From Botryllus schlosseri (lineage: Eukaryota), in the NCBI GenBank assembly GCA_051294905.1, contig CM119371.1, positions 24,554,001 to 24,618,000 on the forward strand: a DNA stretch of 64,000 bases, given 5' to 3'. The notes beneath the pieces are model-generated. The model did no database searches and was not told where the DNA came from. It saw only the letters and a list, made by a program, of their open reading frames with translations. This document shows positions 37,914 to 50,122 of the stretch, one piece after another. Each line of letters begins with the position of its first letter. Within the stretch, counting starts at the first letter, position 1. The position numbers and the translations under genes were made by a program.

Positions 37914-40900
37914 CAGTGGCGGCTCGTCCTATAGGGCAACTGGGGCATTGCCCCACCTAAAATTCTGTTCAATAACAATTTAACCATTTATAGACGCACA
38001 GCAATCAATATATACCGAGATCACAGCGAAACCCGCGTTCTTCTTGTGCTTTCGCTTGCAAACGCCCATACATAGCGAAGTCTCTGCGAAAATCGAATTC
38101 TCTTCTGTGTTTTCGCTTTGTGAATGCCTAGCCGGGGCTTGCCCCGGTAGCGCTCATAACAAGCTTTTACTGTCTATTCTCTCAAAGCCGCGCACAATAA
38201 AGAAACGGTGATTTGCTCTCTCCTATTCGTAAAATGGCCGAGCAACCGGGGCAAATATGCCTACTCGCCCCTAAGGTGTGATGTAACAATCGTATCTATA
38301 TCTGAACTCGGTTACCGTAATATGCGTTGAGTCGACCTTTGCTGGTATAGGTCGATTTTGACGGTGTTTCGCACCATGATAATTCTTGAAACTTGGTATG
38401 ATATGTCGTGAAGGTAGTATTTAACACTGCTCCAAGTTTCAGGCTTGCTACTTAAAGATAATGGTAGTAATTCCGTTTCCAAAGTTCAGTGTGTGCTGAT
38501 CTATCATGTACAATGTACATAGTACAGCAAACAGATTTTACTCAAAAGCCGGTATTGATCTCCATTGATTTTGACGATGTTCTATACCGAGATCGGTCAT
38601 GACATTTGGCACGGTAAGTGTTAGTATCGACCGCTGTAACAAGTTTTAAGTTTGTCACTGAACTATGTGGGTGGTAATTTCGTTTCCAAAGTCGAGTAAG
38701 AGCTGACTCTTCATTTATCGCCAACAAATTTACGCAAAAGCCGTTATTGGTCTCTATTGATTTTAACGATGTTCCATACCTAGATCTGTCATGAGCTTTC
38801 ACACGGTATGTCTTGATTTTAGTATCGAACGCGGTGCCAAGTCTTAAAGATGACACTCAATGATTGAGGCAGTTATTTCGTTTTCGAGGCCGAGTATGGT
38901 AGAGATGCGCGCTGATCTGATACTTGGCCTACCTACGTCATTGCGGATCTCACGCAAAAGCCGGTGTCGGTCTGTGCTAATCTATAGTCTGCGTTCCATA
39001 ACGAGATCGGTGATGATATTTCCAATGGTATATCTCGATGATCGCATGAAACAGCTAACCAAGATCCTCGGTTTGCATTCAAATATTCACATAATTTTAT
39101 GTTCGCCAATGTCCATTTCACTGTGAAATTGTGGCCTTCAAACCATTTGCTTACAATCCCCTGTCAATTGCGATAGCTATTTCATTTTCGATGTCGGCTA
39201 ACAGCTGATCATTCGATCAGCCTATTCCTCGATCTATTTTACTCAAAGTTCGGTGTTCGTCTGTTTGCATTGATTTTGACAGTGTACCATACCGGAATGG
39301 GTTATGAGATTGCGTATGCTACTTCTCGATGATTTCTTGTAACAGTATACTAAGTTACGGCTTTTATTCATGTATTTATATATTAATATATTTTCCCACG
39401 GCGATTTCGCAGCAGACTTATAGACAGTAAGCCGTATGTGTTGTGTCACAGTCTCCAGTTTCAAGGCCAAAATGTCCTACGTTGTTCCGAGACCGAAGTT
39501 CCGAGGCTGCTGTCCTTAGTTCTTCAAAGACCATTCAAATTGATGTTCTGGATTCAATATGACAGGCCCAATCTATGAGATAACAATTGCGTATGTGTCC
39601 GAACCAGTGGTGCCACTCCTAGTGTTTTAACACTAGATCTAGTGTTTTTTCGGTCGTCCTAGTGTTCTAGTGTTTTTTTTCGCAAAATTTTGCTAATCTA
39701 GTGTTTTTCTGCCAATATGCAAACAATGAATATTCTAACGTTAGACTACTAAATTATACGCTAAATTTATCGCTAATAAGGCGATTTGGTGTCTCTGGCT
39801 GTGTTTGTTTTCAACAATTCTGTGTGGTGGTGCAGTAACAAGCAATTAAGACGTAACAGGGGGCGCTGTGAGTCCGTACTTATGAGCGAAAGTCTCTGAA
39901 AAAATGAAGAGCGATTTCGCTCTGATGCTCTGTCGTTTCTTGTTGAACTCAGTGTGCATGCATGCAGATTTAGGCAAGATTTTCATTTGCCCAGACAGAC
40001 AGACGACAGTTTTTTTGAACAAAATTACAATAAAAATATAATACATGCAGCGGCGATGCGATCCTTCGGGATTCCCGCGGATCACCCAGTCAGCTGCATT
40101 GATGGAGTACTAATTAAGCATCGTTCAATTAGAGTCTCGCGCCATAAATACATGTAAGCAGGCCGAAGAATAGTAAGAAGAAAAATAGTAAAATCAATCA
40201 TTCCTCTTAGCTGTGCAATTTCCCTCTGTGATATTTTTCAAAAGAATGGGCTGCTTTGGCAAAATCGAAAAATGAGCTGCAGGTTATCAGTCAATGCCCG
40301 CCAACAAATTTTTGCAAAAATTGAAATCTGTGCAATGTGGATTCGGTGAATCAAAATTCCCTTTACTGGGGAAGCTCATGACGAATCTCTTTGGCATTGC
40401 CACATTCCACTGCATTCGTGGAATTGAAGTATGCTGCACATGGAAACCTCCCCATGCCCATTGTTTGGTTGTAGATGTACGGTAGTGAGCAAGATGCCAA
40501 ACCAAAGATATTTGTGTTTGATGGATGGTGTACAATCGAAAGATAATTTTTATGATGCCGTACAATTCGAAAGCGACAATATTTGATTTTTTTGCGCTAT
40601 TGAATTCGTTTCGTTAATTTTCGTTGAATAATCATGCAGTATATGTATCGAATTCATGTGTGGAACACTTCTTATCTATGGATTTGTACCTTGGTCATCA
40701 TGATTACTTGGCAAAGGCAAACGTTTCCTGCAATTTACTGATCTAGTGTTTTTTTCGCCAATCTAGTGTTTTTTCACGACATAATCTTGTGTTTTTTCGG
40801 GAACCTAGAGTGGCAACACTGGTCCGAACTCGTTGACCTTTCCAGTTAGGCTTACGTAATCTCTCGAGTTCTAGTCATTGGAATTAGTCAGGTCAAGTCA

Positions 40901-40954
40901 AGTGCGAACATGAAGCGTATTGAATCTTTATTCCGTACGTAGTTTACGCAGTTG
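37914..40954. mobile_element. CAGTGGCGGCTC family, copy 2 (right end missing)
   Basis: Colinear with 28568-30260; interrupted at 39605-40821. Confidence 0.8.
39605..40821. mobile_element. hAT-type element with CTAGTGTT repeats
   Basis: TIR CAGTGGTGCCACTC / GAGTGGCAACACTG; TSD GTCCGAAC; empty site at 30138-30145. Confidence 0.9.
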
Positions 40955-42717
40955 CCTTTAGAGCGAAAATGAGAGGCCTAGAAGTTGTCCAGTCTATTGA
41001 TCCAATCGTACGCCGGGTGCCTCAGTAGTGAGGGTACCTGGATTATACGCAGGCCAATCAGAGAGCGCCACGTCATCCTAATTGCCACGCCCATTTTCAT
41101 ACCCTAAGGGTACATTCATCTGCTACGTCATCTGTGCCACATCATCAAGCGCCACGCTATAGTGCCACATCATCCATCCATTGCTATATCATCGCTGCAT
41201 TGATTGCCGCATCTTGATACTTTTCTCAGATATTGTATTATGTGTATTTAGGACTAATATCATCCGTCCATATTTTTTAAACTTGATTTTATGTGTATAA
41301 GTTACGGTTTCTGCAGTTTCCACATCTTACGACTCATGATTGCCGCGTCAAAACTTACCTTGGCTAGAATCGACAGATTTTCTATTATGTGTAAATTAAT
41401 TACTTAAATGCGACTTGATAATAATAATCCCTAGAATAATATAAAATGCGATTTTGAGTGCAGGCAGATCGCGGTTTCGATTTCCGAGGTCTCCACATTT
41501 TAAGCCTTATTATCAGCTCGCAGTACAACCGCTACCCGTATGATGTTTGCATGTCGAGTATAAGGGTATTTAACTCAGCACTAAAATGCCAACGGACTAG
41601 CCGCAGGGGTCCGGTTCTCGTCGCTATAATTAAACGAACACCTTCGCCGCAGGTACGCGATCCCCGACGTTATAATGATAGGACCAAATTAGCCGCATGA
41701 AAGCGAGTCTAATGAATATAACGGCAGACACCAAGTTAGTTGAAAAGTAAAACTAATCGTGACCGATGCAAGACGGCTTGAAACAGCGCTTTCGCTCGAT
41801 TCTTGTAGTGACCACATTTCATACGATTCAGTCCTTTTCGTGTCACTAGAATAAGGGTGATTAAACCGGCAGTATGAAACGCCGCCCGCGTCTTATAACG
41901 TAATAATGTAAGCTGCGCCGGGTGCCCGAATAGTCTTGTAGAATTTTCTAAAGTCGTAACAGCTTAGTAGCATATCCGCGAATCCCAAGGCAAAAATAAT
42001 CAAACGAACTATAGCCGCCGCCGTGCGAAGCTTCAGTAGCATATACGCAAATCCCAAGGCGAAAATAATCGAACGAAGTATAGCCGCAGGCGCGAGATTC
42101 GCCGGGCTCTAATTATACAAACACTATCTCTGCCTGTACGCGAACCGTAGCGTTATAACGACATGGTCTAATTAGCGCATTCTGAAGCCATAAATTTATT
42201 CAACTTCATTGAGATAGCCACGATTTAAAGATGGTAATCGAGTGAGACAATAGCACTCGTCAAGGTTATACAAACATAACCTTAAACTAATCTTTACTTC
42301 ATAACATATAAGGTTATAAAAGTAAGCAGATTTGTATGAAAGCACGCTACATAGAAGTGAAAGTAGTCTAGAAACATAACTACTTACTGAAAAATCGTTA
42401 CGTAGAAGTGTACTTGTATTGGAGCAGAATTGTGATCGATACATTAATGATTTTAATACTCTGTATTTTTAATTACCCACACCTATGAGTCGAAATGTTC
42501 TTAAGTAACTCATGTTTACAATATCACCTAAACGCAAAGTTCCAAAATTTCCATGTTGATCAAATACCACAAACTTTGCTTGCTTTCAGAGTAAGTAACA
42601 AAGCGCATAACAGATTTCACCTAAATAAGTCGGTACTCCGAAAATTTTGTTAATTTTGACCACTATGTTTTGATGATAACTTGCTTCCGAGAAATAAATA
42701 ACATTCATTATACGTTA

Positions 42718-44508
42718 GATGATACTTTTCCTTGATATTCTATTTTGTGTATTTAGGGCTAATTCGACATCACTATGTGGCGACAGGCCTGATTTGAACA
42801 CACTAATTTTGCGAATTAAACTTATCGCCCAACACGGACACTCAATGAAGAGCACCCTGGAGACATACATAAATGCTCCACAATTCTTGACATATATTAT
42901 AATGAGCATATAATAAGCTGACAAAACCTATACTTGAGTACTCCGAAATGTACAAGTACTTAACCTTTACACGACGTTTTTGTAAAATGAATACTAATTT
43001 TAATGAAAAATAAAAATTATGTACTCAAGTAGGTTTTTGTCTACACGCACCAACTACTCAAGTGTTTATGACACAGGAATGATTCATTAAGTATAGCGCA
43101 AGCAGGCCAAACCTATACTTGAGTCCTCCAAAATGTACAAGTACTTCGCTATGTACTCCCTCCACGTAAAAAGTGACTAGGTTTTAGACTACTTTATCGA
43201 TCTTCGATGTTGCGCAAATACCACAAACTTTGCTTGCTTTCAGAGCTGGCAACTAAATGCAAGACATACTTTACGCAAAAGTCTCTATTCTGAAAATTTT
43301 ATCAAGTTAATACTTTAAAAAGTTTTACTTGAGCACTACGGAATGTACAAGTACTTTACCTTTACAGGACGTGTTTTGTAAAATGAATACTAATTTTATT
43401 GAAAAAATAAAAAATAAATAAGGGCGAAAAATTACATTTTATCCCGGAACGCAACAAGATAAATCGTATGAATTTGTAAACTACTTATTCACGACATAAT
43501 AATTCTACTTGTATACTTTTTCATATTTTGTAACAATTTTAGTATTACTTAAATAAAATACGGAAAATATACTAATAGAAAAATTCGGTAACCAATTTCG
43601 CAATGATGATACTTTTCCTTGATATTCTATTATGTGTATTTAGAGCTAATGCGTCATCACTATGTTGGCGACAGGCCTGATTTGAACACACTAATTTTGC
43701 GAATTAAACTTATCGCCCAACACGGACACTCAATGAAGAGCACCCTGGAGACCCACATAAATGCTCCACAATTCTTGACATATAATATACTGAGCATATA
43801 ATAAGCTGACAAAACCTATAGTTGAGTACTCCGAAATGTACAAGTACTTTACCTTTGCACGACGTTTTTGTAAAATGAATACTAATTTTATCGAAAAATA
43901 AAAATTATGTACTCAAGTAGGTTTTTGTCTACACACACCAACTACTCAAGTGTTTATGACACAGGAATGATTTATTAAGTATAGCGAGAGCAGGCCAAAC
44001 GTATACTTGAGTACTCCAAAATGTACAAGTACTTCGCTATGTCTACTCCCTCCACGTACAAATTGAGTAGGTTTTAGACTACTTTATCGATTTTCGATGT
44101 TGCGCAAATACCACAAACTTTGCTTGCTTTCGGGGCTGGCAACTAAATGCAAGTCAGACTTTACGCAAAAGTCTCTATTCTGAAAATTTTATCAAGGTAA
44201 TAGTTTAAAAACTTATACTTGAGCACTACGAAATGTGCAAGTACTTTACCTTTACACGACGTTTTTTGTAAAATGAATACTAATTTTATTGAAACAATAA
44301 AACATAAAAAGAGCGTAAAATTACATTTTATCCCGGAACGCAACAAGAAAAATCGTATGAATTCGTAAACTACTTATTCATGACATAATAATAATTCTAC
44401 TTGTACACTTTTTCACATTTTATAACACTTTAAGTAGTACTTAACAGTTTCAGTTTTAAATAAAATACGGAATATTAATATATAAGAAAAATTAGGTAAC
44501 CAATTTCG
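42718..44508. repeat. ~890-bp tandem duplication within the arm (mirror ~60626-62416)
   Basis: cgacaggcctgatttgaacac at 42781 and 43669. Confidence 0.9.
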
Positions 44509-44650
44509 CGTAGACTATGCATACAAATGAGGAAAGCTACATCAACGCGTGTTAACTAGTAGTATCGAGTTATCGAATGATTTTTTCCTTGCATCAAAAC
44601 AACTAGAATGTGTAACTACATTAAAAACGTATCTAAATGAGCTCCGGGGC

Positions 44651-46200
44651 ATTGTGATTATGCACCATATCAAATTTCATCACACATTTCATGATGGAAC
44701 AACTTTAAAACTAACGCAGTTCTATAGCAACTTTTGCCTAAATCTGTTTTCGGTAGCGTCTGCACATACATAGTCTGCTTTAATAACAGAATTACCATGG
44801 TAATATGTGACTCCTCACGTTGAAACTTGGTACGTAGTTGTAGGACATTGTGATTATGCAGCATACCAAATTTCCTCGCGCATTTCATAATGAAGCAACT
44901 TTAAAACTAACGCAGCTCTACATCGACTTTTTGCGTACATCTGTTTTGCGGGAGCGTATAGCACGTACCTATACATAGTCAACTTTAATAACGGAATTAC
45001 CATGCTTAACATTGAATCCCAACTCTAAACTTGATACGTAGATGTAGGACATTATGGCAATGCACCATGCTAAATTTAATCACACATCTAATGATGGAAC
45101 ACCTTCAAAACTAACGCAGTCGATTACCGACTTTTACGCATATCTGTTTTGCGTGAACATAGCATATACCTATACATAGTCAATTTTAATAACAGATTTA
45201 CTGTGTTAAACATTGAATTCCTACCTTTATAGCTGGTACGCGGTTATAGGACATACCAAATCCAAATCCACCATACCACATCCCATCACACATTTCATGA
45301 TGGAACAACTTTAAAACGAACGCGGCTCTACATCGACTTTTTGCGTACATCTGTTTTGCGGGAGCGTATAGCACGTACCCATACATAGCCAACTATAATA
45401 ACGGAATTACCATGCTTAACATTGAATCCCAACTCTAAACTTGATACGTAGTTGTAGGACATTATGGTAATGCACCATGCTAAATTTCATCATACATCTA
45501 ATGATGGAACACCTTTGAAACTATCGCAGTCGAATACCGACTTTTACGCATATCTATTTTTCGTGAACATAGCATATACCCATACACAGTCAATTTTAAT
45601 AACAGAATTAGCATGCTAAACATTAAATTCTCACCTTGAACGTTGGTACGCAGTTGTAGGACATAATAACAATGGACCATACCAAATTTCGTCAGATATT
45701 TCATGATGTAACACCTTTAAAACCAACGCAGTTCTATACAGACTTTTGGCTAAATCTGTTTTTCCGTAGCGTAGCACGTACCTATACATAGTGAACTTTA
45801 ATAACGGAATTACCATGTTAATAATCGACTCCCCACCTTGAAACTCGCTACGCAGTTGTAAGACATTATGACAATGCACCATGTCAAATTTTGTTACGCA
45901 TTTCATGATTGAACAACTTTAAAACTAACGCAGTTCCATACCGACTTTCGCAGGAGCGTAGCACGTACCTATGCATACTCAACTTTAATAACGGAATTAC
46001 CGAGCTAAACATTGAATGCGCAACTTGAAGATTGGTTCACGGGTGTAAGACATTATGACAATGGAACATATCAAATTTCATCACACATTTCATGATGAAA
46101 CACCTTTAAAACTAACGCAGTTCTATACCAACTTCGCGTGAATCTGTTTGCGGGAGCGTAGCACGTACCTATGCGTGATCAACTTTAGTGATGGAATTAC
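44651..46200. repeat. ~200-bp diverged tandem array, ~7-8 units
   Basis: Recurrent aaatttcatcacacatttcatgatggaacaactttaaaactaacgcag at ~200-bp spacing. Confidence 0.9.
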
Positions 46201-46755
46201 AGATGTAATTAAGTTTCAACACTTTTACAATGATTCGTCTTGCTTCCTATAACATTCCACTTGATGCCCTCGTTATTAGGCTGCAATCTCAGGCTGGGCT
46301 ATGTCTTGAAGCCTACGGGACTCTGCAAATTGTTTCGATTTATTCTGTCCGTTTCAATTTAAGATAAGGAAGCCCATTTCACTCAATGTATCGATGCCTA
46401 CGGTACTCTACAAAATTTTCTGATTAATTCTCCCTATGCTTATTTATCATAAAAAAGATGATTTGACACCTAAGGTACGAAATACTTCTTCGCTTGAGCT
46501 AAGCCGCAGCGCTTGGAGTGGAATTTTACGGGGTATGTAGACTCATTTCGTAGGGCTCTATGCCATAGGAGCATAGTTTACGCTCCAATTCGATTCCCAC
46601 ACATTCCATATAATTACTAACAGAACCATTGAGTACCAGCCTTGACATTTTCCGTAGTACTAGATGGGATGTATACAATTTCATGACATCCGACAGTACG
46701 ACGGAGACTATAAAAATATCGAAAGAAGCCCTCTATTCTTTTCTGAAATAATCAA

Positions 46756-46881
46756 GGTTTTATCAGGACTTCCCTTCATATAAACTCCTGCAGAATCACT
46801 AATAACCTCTCAAGTTTAGGTTTTATCAGGACTTGCCTTCATATAAACTCCAGCAGAATCACTAATAACCTCTTAAGTTTA
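46756..46881. repeat. ~63-bp tandem duplication (mirror ~58253-58378)
   Basis: ggttttatcaggactt...aataacctct twice. Confidence 0.85.
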
Positions 46882-48319
46882 CTCACCTCGTTTAATCTGA
46901 TACTCGTGTACCAAATCCCTATTTTCCGCAAGTATGATAGAGGCTATCGCTCGACACTCAACGATTCGTAATTTTGCTGGAATACAAGTACAATTAGGGT
47001 TGAAAAGTAACTGATATAGGTGGTTATGTTTGTAGGATATTTACACTTCTACTTACCGCTTTTTCATGAGAAACTACCTACTTTTAGGACTTTATATTTC
47101 AAAGTAGTTTGAGGTTACGTTTGAATCACCTTGATAAGTGCTATTATCAAAAACTGCTTCTGCTAAACTCTTACACTTTCACTGAACTTCAACACTGAAT
47201 CTTGTAAAGTAGATAGAAAAGGAACACTATTAACATAAGGTAAGTGAGAAGCACGCAAATTTCGATTGCATACAAACAAACTGCGCTAACTTTCAGAGTT
47301 GTTAAGTATAGAAGTACTCGTACTTCTTGAGAATACTCAAGTAGGTTTTTTGCCTACATGCACCACATAGTCTCAAGTCCTTATGATATTGGAGTACATC
47401 AACTTCATGATAGCTAGAGTATTAAACAGTAATAGACCTAGAGTACTAACGTTTTACTTACTCGGAAATGACTACTTCTACCTTATTTTAAAGGGTACCT
47501 CGTTCGAAGCGAAAATGTATGTGGTTTTGGATAACATCCAAGATGTAGGCTCACTTTGACGGTTACTTCATAAAACTCAAATATTGCGCAGTGAGAGTTC
47601 GCAAATTCTCGAAGTATTTTTGTTATTTTTATTGCGATAAGTCATTCTGCAGCGCGAAAATGCGTCGTTGGATATAGATGAAACTAGCACCACTCATCAA
47701 GACCGCTGAAAACAGTACGTTTCAACATTTAGTAGCAGTAAATTTCTAGTAAAGTACAAGACGTGATGATTTCCGACTGAGTTAAAAAGTAAGTATTGCA
47801 GGCAGACATGGGGTGATTACTTCATGAATGTAATCGATTGCGATTACGATTACTTCAGAATCACGCGATTACGATTACGATTACGATTACAGCAAAATCA
47901 GGAAGTAGTCGATTACGATTACGATTACATTGGAAAAGTAATCACGATTACTCACGATTACATTTGTTTTACTTGTATTAGGACTATAATCTTAAAGGAT
48001 ATATTGGAAGACAATACAAGGATTGCGATGAAAGGGCTTAGTGAAATATCAACACTCTTCATACATCATGCGTCATTTGCTTATTACGTCATAGTATACC
48101 AATTTCCCAACTTTATTGAGATGATTTATCGCACCCAACGATTTGCATTATCGCCAGGTCTTTACCTGCCACACCCCAAATTCCTTAATAGGGTGGGGAG
48201 CGTGCTCGAAGGGGACTCAAAAGTATTTCGTAAACCAACAGAAATTATAGAGCATTTTCGAGAATTTAATTAATTCTTGAAAATGTTCTTCGAGCTTCGC
48301 GATTCAAATGTCTGTAGTA

Positions 48320-48806
48320 CAGGGGTCACCAACGCGGACCAAATGAGTCGCCCGCGGTCGCTGCAGCAAATATTCAAATGAAAGATTTGAAAGTAGAAGC
48401 TGGTTTCATATGAGCATGAGCAGCAGTTGAACATGGGTCGGCCGACCCCAAGGAACATACGAACGCAGTCGTTCAGGGCATTGCTCGTCTTCGCCCACGC
48501 GGCGGCTCAACGGGAATCTATAGTTAATATTTCCGAGTTCCGACGCGGAGATTAGTGCTTTGGCGCGCACTGCAGCAACGCAACTGAGCTCGGAGGAGCT
48601 GGTGTGAGTCCCGGCGAGTGAGTGTTTTTTGTTCTTGGTAAGGGGCGGAAACCCGGACCAGTGCTTTGATTGTCTTACTCTAAGTGATGAAATCCAACTA
48701 GCACGGATGAACGGCGGGATTAAGTGGTAACCCTTCGGTCGTCGCAATAATCAGTACACACTACACAAGAAGTAGTTTTTTGTTTCAATACGGTTGGTGA
48801 CCCATG
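48320..48806. mobile_element. Nested hAT MITE carrying a 28S rRNA fragment
   Basis: TIR CAGGGGTCACCAAC / GTTGGTGACCCATG; flanks CTGTAGTA/CTCCAGTA. Confidence 0.78.
48365..48644 (+). pseudogene. Degenerate 28S rRNA fragment
   Basis: AGCAAATATTCAAA, CAGCAGTTGAACATGGGTC, GGGAATC...GTTAATATT, AACGCAACTGAGCTCGGAG match conserved LSU blocks in the right order. Confidence 0.82.
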
Positions 48807-49605
48807 CTCCAGTAGATAACTGGGCTTGAAATGCATACCTCTCCCCCTCAAGAAAAAACATGCATAGGCTATTTTATGGGAACAGACATTTCGGAGCCGG
48901 TCATTACCGCGTCACGATCCCACAACACACCAAAAGACATATGCAGTTTCAGCCAACACGCAACTTCACGGGATGTGATACCAAAGAAATACCTTGGCCC
49001 AAACTTAGGGTATTCGTCCATTGTCAATAGCCGCGCTGGGTGGGCGTGACTAATAATAGTGCTGTCTTTCTAATCTGAGCCCACAATGCAAATGCCACCC
49101 GGCGCATCCACATAGGAATAAAGCAATGACAATTTACGTGTGCGTCTCACGAAAGATATTCTTTTAGTCTGCTACGTTTGGGCGAGTACAATATCTTTTG
49201 ATTAATCAACAGACTGGAGGTCACGAATTAACAACATACAATAAAGTAATTATAACAACATACCAGATGCTATAAATATGAATTACGTGCCCCAGCTCTA
49301 CTGGTAAATCTGACACTCGAGGCTGAGAGAGGTTAAAAATGAATAGTAATCTAATGCAATGACCAATATTATTGACGAAATTCAGTTTTGAAAATTGACC
49401 AACGGTTGGACTGGGGGACGAATTGCTGTTGGTTCTGATTCTAGCTACAACCCACGCTAACATGTCAGGCTATATAAGGGGATGGTTATGGCGGCAGGTC
49501 CAAATGCTGAGCAACGAACTGTGAAATAACGATTGGTGCCCGTTTCAAGTAGCCATATGAGAATAAGATATAGTGAACATAATAATTCTGCCTTCAACTT
49601 AATAC

Positions 49606-50122
49606 TAGGGCTGGGCACAATGATTCGAGTACTCGAATCTGAATCGAGTATTAATTTTGATGATTCGAGTCGAGTAGTAAAAGATGATTTTTTCGAGTAC
49701 TGAAATTTCGCGCTTCTAGCCGCTGGAAGTTAATTTGCCCCTGAGAATTATACTTCCGATACTAATTTTCATTGTTGAAGCAGTGGAACCTTGATTGAGG
49801 GTATCGCAGCATACGAAACATATAGTACAAACACACGAAGGTTACTGGACGTAGCACATTTCCGAAATCATGAAAATCTCACAACATTGTCACCAAGTGG
49901 AATGAAATCGATATGGTCCGAAAAATACCAAAGTATGATTTATGAGTTGGATAACAGGCATTATACTCTTTGTGGTGGCATAAACGGTACATATCTGAAC
50001 TTAGACGTATTACACTATGTTATGACGTCATAATTGTTGGTACTCGATTACTCGACTCGACTCGAAGCATCTTTCGTGATTCAGAATCGAATCACTCAGG
50101 TACTCGATTTTGCCCAGCCCTA
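49606..50122. mobile_element. hAT MITE with CTCGA/TCGAG repeats
   Basis: TIR TAGGGCTGGGCA; TSD CTTAATAC; empty site in copy A at 25934-25941. Confidence 0.92.

Noticed and set aside
44549..45906. Small ORFs repeated on both strands (and mirrors at 59228-60585)
   Set aside because: By-products of the tandem array and palindrome; no protein motifs.
44651..46200. CRISPR-like array
   Set aside because: Whole units are homologous, with no unique spacers and no cas genes; eukaryotic context.
47824..48273. 149-aa ORF with DY and RL repeats
   Set aside because: Translation of (GATTAC)n subterminal repeats.
48365..48644. Functional rRNA gene
   Set aside because: Short, degenerate and enclosed in a MITE.
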